DNA of 64,000 nucleotides from Myxococcota bacterium (GTDB lineage: Bacteria > Myxococcota_A > UBA9160 > UBA4427), in assembly GCA_965250285.1 (NCBI GenBank), contig OZ252299.1, positions 2,400,001-2,464,000 on the forward strand, written 5' to 3'. The position numbers and the translations under genes are program-made. Of this stretch, positions 1-10,377 are shown piece after piece (position 1 is the stretch's first letter; every line of letters starts with the position of its first letter). A model generated the notes under the pieces. It ran no database searches, was not told the origin of the DNA, and saw nothing but the letters and a program-made list of their open reading frames with translations.

Positions 1-1303
1 CGAAGAGCAGGCCGTTGTCGTCGAAGTGACCGACGTCGCCGCTCGACATGAGGCCGCGAATGATCTCTTTGTTGCCGCCGCCCGTGTACCCCTCGAACTG
101 CACCTCGTTTGCGACGAAGATTCGGCCGGTCTGCCCCGTCGGCAGCTCTTCACCCGCGTCATCGAGGATCTTCACGGTCACGCCGCGCGGCGGACGGCCC
201 GCGGTGCCCGGCACCGCGCGCAGCTCGTCGGGCATCGCGATCGTCGCCTGCGCGACCTCGGTCGAGCCGTAGAGGTTGTAGACGTTGTCGCCAAACGTAT
301 CCATCCAGCGAAGCGCGAGCTCACCCGGCAGCGCCGAACCGCTGGCACACACCATCTCGAGCGAAGACACGTCGTAGCGACGAATCACGTCGTCTCCCAG
401 ATCGAGGATCCGCTGCATCATCACCGGCACGACCGCCATCACGCGCGGCCGCCACTGATCGATGGCCTTGAGCGTCGCCTCGGGATCGAAGCGGCGCTGC
501 AGGCACACCGTGCAACCGAGCTGGGCCGCCAGCAGGAGATGCAGACCACCCCAGGAGTGGAAGGTCGGTGCGACGATCAGGTGACGCGCGCCGGTCTGGA
601 GCGGCATGCGTCCGAAGAGACCGACGAGCGTATCGACGCCCTGGCGCGCGATCTTGCGCTGGGCGCCCTTGGGCAGGCCCGTGGTCCCGGACGTGAGAAT
701 CGTGGTGCGCCCGGGCTCGGGCGGCGGCTCGAGGGGAGACGAATCGCCGGCCGCGGCCAGCTCGTCGAGGGTCGTGCCGGGGGCGTCGTCGCCCTTGTAC
801 GTAAGGAACCGGCGCATCTCTTCGCCGCCCCCTTCGACGATGCCGTGGAACTCTTCGTCGTAGAGGATCACCTGCGTCCCCTCTCGGGCGCAGACCTCCT
901 TCAGCTGGGGCCCCGCGAAGCCAGTGTTGAGCAACAGGATGTTCGCACCGAGCTTCTCGAGCGCGACCTGCCCCTGCACGAAGCCGCGATGGTTGCGGGC
1001 GAAGAGCCCGACCCCGTCGCCGGGCCGCACGCCCGCGTCGCGCAGACCGCGCGCGATCGAGTTCGTCGACGCCTCGAGCTCACCGAACGTCATCATGCCG
1101 CGTTCGTCGATGATCGCGATGTCGCCCGGCTTGCGCGCGGCCGCCGCGGCGAAGCCGGTCGCGCCGGTGCTACCGAACTTGCGCATCGCGGGCACCAGCG
1201 TGCCGAGAAAGAGCGGGTTCAAGAACCCCGCGCTGCCCAGCACCTCGACGGCCTCGGCCGTCCGTGCCCACGTGCCCCCTTGTCCCGTGCCTCGCATCGT
1301 CAT
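1..1303 (-). CDS. Acyl-CoA synthetase / AMP-binding enzyme (FadD-like), runs off the left edge
   Basis: Not in ORF track because it has no stop in the window. Read manually from ATG at 1303: MTMRGTGQ...ILTSGTTGLPKGA (AMP-binding P-loop)...YGSTE...MSSGDVGHFDDNGLLF. Confidence 0.9.
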   Translation of the reverse strand, partial: MTMRGTGQGGTWARTAEAVEVLGSAGFLNPLFLGTLVPAMRKFGSTGATGFAAAAARKPGDIAIIDERGMMTFGELEASTNSIARGLRDAGVRPGDGVGLFARNHRGFVQGQVALEKLGANILLLNTGFAGPQLKEVCAREGTQVILYDEEFHGIVEGGGEEMRRFLTYKGDDAPGTTLDELAAAGDSSPLEPPPEPGRTTILTSGTTGLPKGAQRKIARQGVDTLVGLFGRMPLQTGARHLIVAPTFHSWGGLHLLLAAQLGCTVCLQRRFDPEATLKAIDQWRPRVMAVVPVMMQRILDLGDDVIRRYDVSSLEMVCASGSALPGELALRWMDTFGDNVYNLYGSTEVAQATIAMPDELRAVPGTAGRPPRGVTVKILDDAGEELPTGQTGRIFVANEVQFEGYTGGGNKEIIRGLMSSGDVGHFDDNGLLF

Positions 1304-1527
1304 GCCGAATAGGTACGCCAACCGCGGCCACAACGCGAGTGGGTGGGGGCGCGAGCGCCTCGTGCACAGGCAGAGCGGGCCGCGACGTGCACCGACCCCG
1401 CCGCGCGACGGCCGGCGGCGGTGCGTTCGAGCGGGTCCTGGCCGACACGAAGCGGCCGCCTCACCTCGCGGGCCCGCGGGCGGGCCCGCCGTTGAACCGC
1501 CCGCAACGACCCCGCACACTCGGCCGC

Positions 1528-2283
1528 ATGTCGGACGAGCGCGTCACCGAGCTGTTCATGGCCATCCACAGCGGCAACCCACGCGAGGCGCCGGGGAGCG
1601 CTGCGTCGACCCGTCGGGCCTTCGACCTCTGCATCGGCCTCCCCGATGCGCCGCGGGGGCTCGATCTCGGCTGCGGCCCGGGCGGGCAAACGCTCGACCT
1701 CGCCGCCCACTGCGACGGGCGCTTCCTCGCCATCGATCTGCATGCGCCCTACCTCGAACGCCTCGAGCGAGAGGCCGAGCGGCGCGGCCTGTCGAGCCGC
1801 ATCGAAACCCTGCGCGCCGACATCGGCGAGCTCGATCTCGACGCCGGCTCTTTCGATCTGATCTGGAGCGAAGGCGCGATCTACAACGTCGGCTTTCGGG
1901 CCGGGCTCGAAGCGTGGCGACCGCTGCTCGCTCGCGGCGGATACATGGCCGTGAGCGAAGCGACCTGGCTCGTCGAGTCGCCCGCCGAAGAGGTGCGGGC
2001 CTTCTGGGCCGAGGCCTACCCGGCGATGCAGTCGGTCGAGGCCAACCTGCGAGACGTCCGCGACGCCGGCTTCACGCTCTGCGATCACTTCACCTTGCCG
2101 GCCGCGTGCTGGCACGACTACTACGCCGATCTCGAGGCCCGCATGGAGGCGCTCGCGGCCGAGCACGCCGACGACGACGTGGCGGCGGCGGTCTTCGCCG
2201 CGGAACGACGTGAGATCGATCTGTATCGACGACACGGCGACGCGTATGGCTACGTCTTCTACGTCGCGCTCCGCAGGGATTGA
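1528..2283 (+). CDS. Class I SAM-dependent methyltransferase
   Basis: LDLGCGPGGQ motif I and FDLIWSEGAIY; start set at ATG 1528 (MSDERV). Confidence 0.9.
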   Translation: MSDERVTELFMAIHSGNPREAPGSAASTRRAFDLCIGLPDAPRGLDLGCGPGGQTLDLAAHCDGRFLAIDLHAPYLERLEREAERRGLSSRIETLRADIGELDLDAGSFDLIWSEGAIYNVGFRAGLEAWRPLLARGGYMAVSEATWLVESPAEEVRAFWAEAYPAMQSVEANLRDVRDAGFTLCDHFTLPAACWHDYYADLEARMEALAAEHADDDVAAAVFAAERREIDLYRRHGDAYGYVFYVALRRD

Positions 2284-2286
2284 CTC

Positions 2287-3081
2287 GTGAACGACCGCAG
2301 CGAGACGCACCCGGCGGCGATCCGCCGCTACGTGGCCCTGGGCGACAGCCAGACCGAGGGGCTCAACGACTTCGACGAAGCGGGCCAGCCGCGCGGCTGG
2401 GCCGACCGCTTCGCTGAAGCGCTCGCCTCGAGCTCGCCTGGCCTGCTCTACGCGAACCTCGCCGTCCGGGGCAAGCGGACGGCCGAGATCCGGCGCGACC
2501 AGGTCGAGGCCGGTCTCGCGCTGAAGCCCGACCTGGTCACGGTGGTCTCGGGCGTCAATGACGTCGTCCGGCCGTCGGTCGAGATCGAAACCGTCGCGGG
2601 TGATCTCGAGTCGATGTATGCCGCCTTCGCCGCCACGGGTGCGCAGGTCATGGGTTGTACGTTCCCGCTGCCCGAGATCGGGCTGACGCGCCGCGCCGCA
2701 CCGCGGCTGAAGGCTCTGAACCGGGCGATCCGCGACGCGGCGAAGCGCCACGACGTCACGCTCGTCGAGATGGAGGGCGTGACGATGGCGTCCGATCTTC
2801 GGCTCTGGAGCGACGATCGGATCCACCTGAATGCCGACGGCCACGGTCGGCTGGCCGCGGCCTTCGCCGCGACGTTCGAGGGCGCGGGGGACGAGCGCTG
2901 GCGACAGGCGCTACCGCCGACCGATCCGCCTTCGCTGCCCCGTCGCGTCGGCCGTGAAGCGGCCTGGATCGCTCGGTTCGTCGTACCGAAGCTGGTCCGT
3001 CTGGCTCGCGGTCGGTCTTCGGGGGACGGGCGGACGGCAAAGCGCCCCACGCTGCGGCCTGTCGAGTCGCCACGCCGCTAG
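2287..3081 (+). CDS. SGNH/GDSL hydrolase
   Basis: YVALGDSQTEG block I, NLAVRG, GVND, and DRIH catalytic motif. Confidence 0.92.
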   Translation: MNDRSETHPAAIRRYVALGDSQTEGLNDFDEAGQPRGWADRFAEALASSSPGLLYANLAVRGKRTAEIRRDQVEAGLALKPDLVTVVSGVNDVVRPSVEIETVAGDLESMYAAFAATGAQVMGCTFPLPEIGLTRRAAPRLKALNRAIRDAAKRHDVTLVEMEGVTMASDLRLWSDDRIHLNADGHGRLAAAFAATFEGAGDERWRQALPPTDPPSLPRRVGREAAWIARFVVPKLVRLARGRSSGDGRTAKRPTLRPVESPRR

Positions 3082-3092
3082 CGACGGGGCCC

Positions 3093-3731
3093 TCAACCGG
3101 CGGAGGAGCGCTCGGCGAGCAGCCGGCGAGTCTCCGCCGATACGTCGGCCCCGAGCACGCCGGTCGTCAGATCGACGAGATCGCTGACGAAGAGGCGGTG
3201 GTCGGCTCGGCGACGCGTCCGCGCACGGCGACCCAGCTCGGAGTAACAGAGATGGATCGCCGAGTACCGCCGATGCAGCGGCAGCGTCGCGTCGGTCATG
3301 CGCTCGGTCGCGAGGCGATGCCAACGATCGAGCTGGGTGCCGGTGAACGCGCCGCGGCGCTTGAGGTTGGCGGGATCGGCGATCAGCTCGGCCTGGATGC
3401 GCAGATAGTCCCGCCCGTCAGGCTCGGCCAGCATCGCCGCCGACGGCCGCACGAGCGCGCCGACGATCGCGCGCAGCGAGGCATCCGGGTCGGCGTCGAG
3501 CTCGTCGAGGAGCGCCGCGCGGCGCGCCCCGACCAGCTCGTGCTGCGGGGCGAGCACCGCCGAGAGCAGCGCGTCCCGATCGCCGAAGTGGTACTGAACG
3601 GCGTTCGAGTTGCGTTGATCGGCGGCGCGCACGACCTCGCGCATCGAGACCCCGTCGATCCCCCGCTCGGCGAAGAGCGGGCGCGCGGCTCGCAGCAGCG
3701 CCTCGCGGCCTTTCGACGTGGCATCGCGCAT
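3093..3731 (-). CDS. TetR/AcrR family regulator
   Basis: N-terminal HTH LLRAARPLFAERGIDGVSMREVVRAADQRNSNAVQYHFGD; start at ATG 3731. Confidence 0.88.
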   Translation of the reverse strand: MRDATSKGREALLRAARPLFAERGIDGVSMREVVRAADQRNSNAVQYHFGDRDALLSAVLAPQHELVGARRAALLDELDADPDASLRAIVGALVRPSAAMLAEPDGRDYLRIQAELIADPANLKRRGAFTGTQLDRWHRLATERMTDATLPLHRRYSAIHLCYSELGRRARTRRRADHRLFVSDLVDLTTGVLGADVSAETRRLLAERSSAG

Positions 3732-3756
3732 CCCGCCCCCAACGCCTCGCGGCGGC

Positions 3757-5040
3757 TCAGCGGCCGCGCTTCTCGCGATACGCCTTCCAGCGCTCGGCGG
3801 CCTCGGCGAGCTCGGTATTGACATCAAAGAGGGGCTTCATCTTTTCCCAGGCCTGCTCGCGCTTGTACGGCAGGAACTCGCGCGGGAAGTGGCCCTCGTG
3901 CGGGAGGTAGTCGCGCAGCACCCGCTTGGCCACCGTCGCCTTGTGCACTTCGTCCGCGCCATCGGCCAGGCCCATCGTGGGCGCGGCGGCGTACATGTCC
4001 TGGAGCGGCGTCAGATCGGTGGTGCCGAGCGAGCCGTGGATCTGCAGTGCATCGAACGAGATCTCGCGGAGCACCTTCGACATCGTGAACTTCACGGCGG
4101 CAATGTCAGTGCGCGTCTCCTGACCCGAGGTCTGATCCATGCGCCACGCGGTCTCGAGCACGTAGAGCCTGAGCATCTTCAGCTTGGCGTACGACTCGGC
4201 GATCTTCTCCTGCACCATCTGGTGGTCGGCGATGATCGCGCCGTGCGACTGCCGCGAGAGCGCCCGCTCACACATCATGTCGAAGGCGAGTTTGCACTGG
4301 GCGATGGTGCGCATGGCATGATGGATGCGGCCGCCGCCGAGCCGACGCTGCGCGAGCACATGGGCACCGTCCTCGGGACCGAGCAGGTGATCGAGGGGCA
4401 CGCGAACGTTCTCGTAGATGATGTGATTGTGATTGCGGGGCTCGGGCATGATCGTGACACCCGGCGTCTCGCGCGGCACGACGTACATGCCGTTCGTGCA
4501 CATCACGAAGAGGATGTCGGCCACGCGCCCTGCCGACGTGAACCACTTCTCGCCGTTGATGACCCACTCGTCGCCGTCGCGCGTCGCGTGGGTCTTGAAG
4601 AGGCGGGGATCCGAACCGCCCTGGGGCTCGGTCATCGAGTAGGCCGAGAACATCTCCTGATTGAGCAGGGGCTCGAGCCAGCGCTTCTTCTGCTCATCGG
4701 TCCCGAACGCCGCCAGCATCTCCATGTTGCCGGTGTCGGGGGCGGCGGCGCCGAAGAGCTGGGGCGCGGCCGGATATCGACCGAGGATCTCGTTCACGAG
4801 ACCGAGCTTGAGCTGGCCGAAGCCGGGCCCGCCGAGCTCCTCGTCGAGAAAGAGCGCCCAGAGCCCCTGATCCTTCACTTCCTGCTGAAGCTCTCGCACG
4901 TACGCCCGCACCGCGGGATCCGGGAGTCGGACCGCATGCGGAAAGATGTGGCCGAGCGGTTCGACCTTCTCGTCGCAGAACCACTGGATCCAGTCGAGCT
5001 TCTCCTGAAACTCGGGGTCGGTGGAAAAATCCCAGCCCAT
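3757..5040 (-). CDS. Acyl-CoA dehydrogenase
   Basis: APDTGNME, YSMTEPQGGSDP, INGEKWFTS, RLGGGRIHH, QIHGSLG, LADGADEVH. Confidence 0.95.
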   Translation of the reverse strand: MGWDFSTDPEFQEKLDWIQWFCDEKVEPLGHIFPHAVRLPDPAVRAYVRELQQEVKDQGLWALFLDEELGGPGFGQLKLGLVNEILGRYPAAPQLFGAAAPDTGNMEMLAAFGTDEQKKRWLEPLLNQEMFSAYSMTEPQGGSDPRLFKTHATRDGDEWVINGEKWFTSAGRVADILFVMCTNGMYVVPRETPGVTIMPEPRNHNHIIYENVRVPLDHLLGPEDGAHVLAQRRLGGGRIHHAMRTIAQCKLAFDMMCERALSRQSHGAIIADHQMVQEKIAESYAKLKMLRLYVLETAWRMDQTSGQETRTDIAAVKFTMSKVLREISFDALQIHGSLGTTDLTPLQDMYAAAPTMGLADGADEVHKATVAKRVLRDYLPHEGHFPREFLPYKREQAWEKMKPLFDVNTELAEAAERWKAYREKRGR

Positions 5041-5164
5041 GGGGGTGTCCTTTCTTGCGTCTCGCGCTTCGTTCGTTGCGTTCGTGTCGGTGAGCGTCGG
5101 CTCGAGACGTCCCGATCGGCACGGTCGCGCGTCACGGTCGTGGAGCCGGCACGCCCTCGGAAGA

Positions 5165-5191
5165 CATCTGACAGCTCATTTAATACAGATG
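5165..5191. promoter_or_regulatory. Inverted repeat CATCTG-N15-CAGATG around an AT-rich core, upstream of the acyl-CoA dehydrogenase; candidate operator/promoter
   Basis: catctgacagctcatttaatacagatg, an AT-rich island in GC-rich DNA. Confidence 0.4.
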
Positions 5192-5204
5192 CATCACTCT
5201 CGCG

Positions 5205-6122
5205 TCAAGCCGGGGCCCCGGCGCCGCGCTCGGGGCCCCGTCCCTGCACCGCGGACGTGAGCGCATCGGCGAAGGCATGCACGCGCCGCGCCCGGGCCCG
5301 GCCCGGCGGAAACACGAGCTGAACCGGGGTCGGCGGCATCGGAAACCCAGCCAGAAGCTCGACGAGCGCGCCCGAAGCGAGGTCTGCGCGCACGTCGAGC
5401 TCCGACTTCGAGACGATGCCCTGCCCCGCCACGGCCCACTCGCGCACGAGCGCGCTGTCGTCGGCGATGCGGTCGCCGCGCACGGGCACGCGGACGTCGC
5501 GCCCATCGAAGCGAAAGCGCCAGACCTGATCGAGGTGGGCCCCGAAGCGCATGACGATGCAGTTGTGGTCGGCGAGATCCGCCGGCTGCGCGGGCTGGCC
5601 GTGCGCTTCGATGTAGCTCGGCGCCGCGCAAACGATGCGGCGAGGTTCGGCCAGCCGGCGGATTCGCAGCGTGCTGTCGCTCAGCTCGCCGAAGCGGATC
5701 GCGACGTCGATCGACTCGCCGACGACGTCGATGTAGCCATCCGACAGCAAGAGCTCGATCGAGACGGCCGGATGTGCGCCGAGGAACGCATCGATCACCG
5801 GCACCACGGTCGACCGTCCGAGGTCGAGCGGCGCGCCCACGCGGAGGCGGCCCGAGAGGCTCTCGGCCTCGCGACGCACGCGCTGATCGAGATCGTCGAT
5901 CTCCTGGAGCAGCCCCTGCGCGCCTTCGAGGAGCGTTCGGCCCTCGTCTGTGAGCCCGAGTGTCCGGGTCGTGCGCCGCAGCAGCGCGACGCCGAAGTGC
6001 TGTTCGAGGGCCGCAACACGCTCGGACACCGTGGTGGCCGAGAGACCGAGGGCGCGGCCGGCGGCCGCCATGCTCCCTCGCTCGACGATCGCGACGAAGA
6101 GCCGAAGGTGGTCGGGATTCAT
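5205..6122 (-). CDS. LysR family regulator (CrgA/DmlR-like)
   Basis: HTH LRLFVAIVERGSMAAAGRALGLS...LLRRTTR and a substrate-binding domain (IDVAIRFG). Confidence 0.95.
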   Translation of the reverse strand: MNPDHLRLFVAIVERGSMAAAGRALGLSATTVSERVAALEQHFGVALLRRTTRTLGLTDEGRTLLEGAQGLLQEIDDLDQRVRREAESLSGRLRVGAPLDLGRSTVVPVIDAFLGAHPAVSIELLLSDGYIDVVGESIDVAIRFGELSDSTLRIRRLAEPRRIVCAAPSYIEAHGQPAQPADLADHNCIVMRFGAHLDQVWRFRFDGRDVRVPVRGDRIADDSALVREWAVAGQGIVSKSELDVRADLASGALVELLAGFPMPPTPVQLVFPPGRARARRVHAFADALTSAVQGRGPERGAGAPA

Positions 6123-6123
6123 T

Positions 6124-6140
6124 ATCCGATTTTTACGGAT
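6124..6140. promoter_or_regulatory. Probable LysR binding site ATCCG-N7-CGGAT
   Basis: Dyad atccgatttttacggat directly upstream of the LysR start, in the divergent intergenic region. Confidence 0.55.
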
Positions 6141-6269
6141 TCAGAATCCAGATTCCATCTAATTGTGGGCTTCATCCGGATGACAGACAGTCTGCCCCGC
6201 GCCGCCCGCCAGACCAGAACCGCCGCCCGCCTCGGCGCAGCCCGCCCGACCTCGAGAGGACCCGACCCG

Positions 6270-6572
6270 ATGCCCTGCTTCTCCGTACTCGCCGTCACGC
6301 CCACCCGCGAAGAGTGGATCCCCGACTACATCGAGCCGGTCGGCGCGCTCGTCGCGCGCCATGGCGGCCGCTACCTCGCGCGGACGGCAAGCCACGAGCA
6401 GGTCGAGGGCGAACCCGAAGACGCTGCGCTGCGCATCTTGATCGAGTGGCCCTCGAAGGCCGCGGCGCTCGAGTTCATGAGCGACCCCGACTACGCCCCG
6501 CACCTGGCCGCGCGGTCGGCGGGCTCGATCAGCCGCCACTTCCTGATCGAGGCCAAGGACGATCTCGCGTAG
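6270..6572 (+). CDS. DUF1330 family protein
   Basis: YIEPVGALVARHGGRYLAR...ILIEWPSKAAALEFMSDPDY; GAGAGGA RBS before ATG 6270. Confidence 0.85.
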   Translation: MPCFSVLAVTPTREEWIPDYIEPVGALVARHGGRYLARTASHEQVEGEPEDAALRILIEWPSKAAALEFMSDPDYAPHLAARSAGSISRHFLIEAKDDLA

Positions 6573-6640
6573 GCGCCCGCATCGCTGGACCGCCGAACAG
6601 AATCCAGCTCGCTCCCGCGACCATCGCCTCGAGAGGCCCC

Positions 6641-7429
6641 ATGTCGAAGACCCTCCTCATCACCGGTGCCACGGACGGCATCGGATTCGAAACCGCCAAG
6701 CAGCTCCATGCACTCGGCCACCGCGTCTGGCTCCACGGCCGCAGCGCCGCCAAGCTCGAGGCCGCCGCCCAGGCCCTCGGCGCCGGCAGCGACGTGCGCA
6801 CGTTCCACGCCGATCTGTCCGACCTCGAAGCGGCGCGGCGGCTGGCGGCCGAGGTCGCCGAGGCCACGCCGACCCTCGATGTGCTGATCAACAACGCGGG
6901 CGTCTACAACACGCCCGAGCCACGCACGCCCGACGGGCTCGATCGTCGCTTCGTCGTCAACACGCTGGCGCCCTATCTGCTGGCACGCGCGCTCGCGCCG
7001 GTGCTCGGCGCCACCGGTCGCATCGTCAATCTGTCGTCGGCTGCACAGTCGCCCGTCGACCTCGATGCGCTGCGTGGTCAGGGCGCGCTCTCCGACTCGG
7101 CCGCGTACGCACAGAGCAAGCTCGCGATCACAATGTGGTCTCGCGCACTCGCGACCGAATTCGGTCCGGACGGACCCGTGATTCTCGCGGTCAACCCCGG
7201 CTCGATGCTCGCAAGCAAGATGGTGAAGGAGGCCTACGGCGTCGCCGGCCACGACCTCTCGATCGGGGCCGACATCCTGACGCGCGCGGCGCTCGAGGAT
7301 GCCTTCGCGGCCCGATCGGGCGAGTACTTCGACAACGACGCCGGCCAGTTCGCGCCGCCTCACCCTCAGGGCCTCGACGACGACGCGTGCGCTGCCGTCG
7401 TGCGCACCATAGAGTCGGTGCTGGCCTGA
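6641..7429 (+). CDS. Short-chain dehydrogenase/reductase
   Basis: ITGATDGIG, LINNAG, and YAQSK catalytic motif. Confidence 0.93.
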   Translation: MSKTLLITGATDGIGFETAKQLHALGHRVWLHGRSAAKLEAAAQALGAGSDVRTFHADLSDLEAARRLAAEVAEATPTLDVLINNAGVYNTPEPRTPDGLDRRFVVNTLAPYLLARALAPVLGATGRIVNLSSAAQSPVDLDALRGQGALSDSAAYAQSKLAITMWSRALATEFGPDGPVILAVNPGSMLASKMVKEAYGVAGHDLSIGADILTRAALEDAFAARSGEYFDNDAGQFAPPHPQGLDDDACAAVVRTIESVLA

Positions 7430-7466
7430 GCCGACGGCCCGGCCCCGCCTTCCGAGGAGGATCCCC

Positions 7467-8468
7467 ATGTCGAGCGTCGATGCGATCACCTCGTCCGAGC
7501 GCTCCCGGCCCGTGCACCACGGGGCGTTCAACTACCTCGACGCGACGATGCAATCGACCCTGTATCGCAACGGCCAGGTGCGCATCGATCGCGACCAGGA
7601 CGGGTCGGACAGCCAGATCGTGGGCGCGCGCTTCGATCAGCGAGAGGTGCCGGTGATCGATGGCCGGAGCCTGCCCGATGCAGAGCGACCGACCCTCGTC
7701 GCGAACGGCTTCGAGCTGACGCAGCGCCCGCTGCCCGGAGCGGTCGACTTCTTCGACCAGCACCAGGTCGTGCACGACTACTACCTGGACTGCGCCGCGT
7801 TGGTCTCATCCGCCACCGGGTTCGATGCGATCGCGTTCGATCACAACGTGCGCTCTGCGACCGGACGCAAGGCGGCACGGCGCATCGACGGCGGGCAGCG
7901 CGTGCAGGGCCCGGCCCGCGTCGTCCATGGCGACTACACCCTGACGAGCGCGCCGCAACGCCTGCGCGATCTCGGCGAGGCGGCGACGGGCAACGACACC
8001 TGGGCGGATCTCGTCGAGCCGGGTGCACCACTCATCGCGCCCGAGCGCGTCGAGTCGGTCCTCGAGTCGGGCCGTTTCTCGATCATCAACGTCTGGCGCA
8101 GCATCGTGCCCGAGCCGGTTCAGGCTCACCCGATGGCCTTCTGCGACGCGCAAACAGTCGAGCCCGAAGACCTCGTCGTGTTCGAGATCCACTACGCCGA
8201 TCGCATCGGCGAGAACTACTTCTCGAAGCACGCCGATCGGCACCGCTGGACGACGTTTCCCCAGATGCGGATGCACGAGGCGCTGCTCATCAAGCAGTGG
8301 GATTCGGCCGGCGCGCTCGCCCGCAGCCAAGGCCGCCACGGCGACCACAGCGATCCGACGGGCGACAGCACGTTCAGCTTTCACAGCGCCTTCGACGACC
8401 CGCAGGCGCCCGACGACGCCCCGGATCGCTGGAGCATCGAGGTGCGCTGCATGGTGCTCGACCGCTGA
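7467..8468 (+). CDS. CmcJ/NvfI (AsaB-like) family oxidoreductase, putative Fe(II)/2-oxoglutarate-type oxygenase
   Basis: AFDHNVR, VHGDYT, INVWR, PMAFCDA, FHSAFDDP, RWSIEVR. Confidence 0.8.
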   Translation: MSSVDAITSSERSRPVHHGAFNYLDATMQSTLYRNGQVRIDRDQDGSDSQIVGARFDQREVPVIDGRSLPDAERPTLVANGFELTQRPLPGAVDFFDQHQVVHDYYLDCAALVSSATGFDAIAFDHNVRSATGRKAARRIDGGQRVQGPARVVHGDYTLTSAPQRLRDLGEAATGNDTWADLVEPGAPLIAPERVESVLESGRFSIINVWRSIVPEPVQAHPMAFCDAQTVEPEDLVVFEIHYADRIGENYFSKHADRHRWTTFPQMRMHEALLIKQWDSAGALARSQGRHGDHSDPTGDSTFSFHSAFDDPQAPDDAPDRWSIEVRCMVLDR

Positions 8469-8630
8469 GGCCCCCGGGCTGCGCGCGGCGGCCGTGCCCG
8501 GTTTGCCTTCCTCGCTCACATGCACGACGCGCACTTGTCGAGATCGGCCGCCGTCGCGGCCTGGTCGGCGCAAGACCTGTCTGCACGGTATCTTCGCTCT
8601 CGTTCGAAGAAGAGAAGGGAGCCCGAGCCC

Positions 8631-10271
8631 ATGGGTCAGCAGCCGAGCGAAAGCGGATCAATCGAGCGATACGACGTCGTCGTGATCGGCGCAGGCGTGA
8701 GCGGCATGTACGCCGTCCACCACATGCGCGAGATGGGGCTCTCGGTCCGGGCCTACGATGGAGCCACGGACGTCGGGGGCACCTGGTGGTACAACCGGTA
8801 TCCGGGCGCACGCGTCGACGGGCCCGGCAGCCCCTTCTACTGCTACACGTTCGACGACGAGCTCATGCACGAGTGGGACTGGGCCGAGACCCAGTCGGAA
8901 CAATCGGCGGTGCTCGAGTACCTCGAACACGTCGCCGACAAGCACGACCTGCGGAGTGACATCCAGTTCGAGACCTGGGTCAAACACGTCGCCTACGACG
9001 AGGCGACCCAGCGCTGGCACGTCGAGACCGATCGCGGCAATCATGCCACCTGCCGGTTTCTGATCTGCGCCGTGGGTGCGCTCTCGACGGCCAACATGCC
9101 CGACATCCCCGGCATCGAGAGCTTCGCCGGCGAGTGCTACCACACGGGCCGCTGGCCGCACGAGCCGGTCTCGTTCGAGGGCAAGCGCGTCGCCGTCATC
9201 GGCACGGGATCGTCCGGGATTCAGTCGATCCCCGAGATCGCGAAGCAAGCCGAACACGTGACGGTGCTGCAGCGCACGCCGCAGTTCACGTTCCCCGCGA
9301 ACAATCGGACACTCACGCCCGACGACCTCGCTCGGGCGCGCGACAACTGGCCCGCGCTGCGCGAGAAGATGCAGGCCAACCTCGGCGGGTTCCCGCACGA
9401 CGGCAACCGCGGCTCGGCCCTCGACGCCACGCCCGAGGAGCGACGCGCCCTCTACGAAGAGCTGTGGGAGCGCGGCGGGTTCGGGTTCTTCCTCGACCTC
9501 TACAGCGACATCGCGGTGAGCGAGGAGGCAAACGACTCGCTCGCCGAGTTCGTGCGCGACAAGATCCGCGAGATCGTGAAAGACCCCGACACCGCGCGAA
9601 AGTTGCTGCCCGACCACTACGTGATCACCAAGCGGCCGATCCTCGACGACGGCTACTTCGAGACGTACAACCGCGACAACGTGACGCTGGTCGATCTGCG
9701 CGAAGATCCGATCGAACGCTTCACGCCAACGAGCGTGGTGACCCGAAGCGGCGAGCACCCGATCGACATGCTCGTGCTCGCGACCGGCTTCGATGCAATC
9801 AGTGGCACCATGCTTCGGCTGAACCCCGAAGGCCGGGGCGGAAGGACCCTGCGGGATCGGTGGGAAGACCGCTTCCACAACTACGTGGGCATGACGGTCG
9901 CGGGCTTCCCGAATCTCTTCATGATCCACGGCCCGGGCTCCCCGGGCGTCTTCTACAACATGCCGCTGGGCGCCGAGCGTCAGCTGGGCTGGATCGGCGA
10001 CTGCCTCACGCACATGCGCGAGCATGGCTACGGCACGATCGAAGCGACCGAGGACGCCGAGGCGGCGTGGGGCGCCGAGGTCGGCGCCATCGCCGACGCC
10101 ACCCTCTTCCCGCGCACCGACTCGTGGTGGACCGGCGCGAACGTGCCCGGCAAGCCTCGCTACTTCTCGGCCTACCTCGGCGGCGACATCTACTACCAGC
10201 GAATCGCGGGCATCGCGAACGACTACGCGGGTTTCACGTTCGAGCCGGCGAAGGACGAGGGCGAGGCCTGA
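8631..10271 (+). CDS. Type I Baeyer-Villiger monooxygenase (cyclohexanone/steroid monooxygenase-like)
   Basis: GAGVSG, GGTWWYNRYPG, BVMO fingerprint FAGECYHTGRW, GTGSSG, ATGFDA. Confidence 0.93.
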   Translation: MGQQPSESGSIERYDVVVIGAGVSGMYAVHHMREMGLSVRAYDGATDVGGTWWYNRYPGARVDGPGSPFYCYTFDDELMHEWDWAETQSEQSAVLEYLEHVADKHDLRSDIQFETWVKHVAYDEATQRWHVETDRGNHATCRFLICAVGALSTANMPDIPGIESFAGECYHTGRWPHEPVSFEGKRVAVIGTGSSGIQSIPEIAKQAEHVTVLQRTPQFTFPANNRTLTPDDLARARDNWPALREKMQANLGGFPHDGNRGSALDATPEERRALYEELWERGGFGFFLDLYSDIAVSEEANDSLAEFVRDKIREIVKDPDTARKLLPDHYVITKRPILDDGYFETYNRDNVTLVDLREDPIERFTPTSVVTRSGEHPIDMLVLATGFDAISGTMLRLNPEGRGGRTLRDRWEDRFHNYVGMTVAGFPNLFMIHGPGSPGVFYNMPLGAERQLGWIGDCLTHMREHGYGTIEATEDAEAAWGAEVGAIADATLFPRTDSWWTGANVPGKPRYFSAYLGGDIYYQRIAGIANDYAGFTFEPAKDEGEA

Positions 10272-10377
10272 GGGCGACGCGAACGCTCGGTGCGTTCGGC
10301 TCGATCGACGGCGCGCCTGATCGAGCTTCGATCGCACACGCCGCGACTGCGCTCAGCCGAATGCGTCGAGCCGCGGT

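Noticed and set aside
26..1312. 428-aa plus-strand ORF
   Set aside because: Antisense shadow of the minus-strand acyl-CoA synthetase, which has clear motifs
1304..1527. GC-rich hairpins in the intergenic region as a possible ncRNA or riboswitch
   Set aside because: No recognisable conserved RNA motif; such pairing is expected by chance at this GC content
6250..6636. Repeated CCTCGAGAGG before the DUF1330 and SDR genes
   Set aside because: Coincides with the Shine-Dalgarno position; explained as RBS
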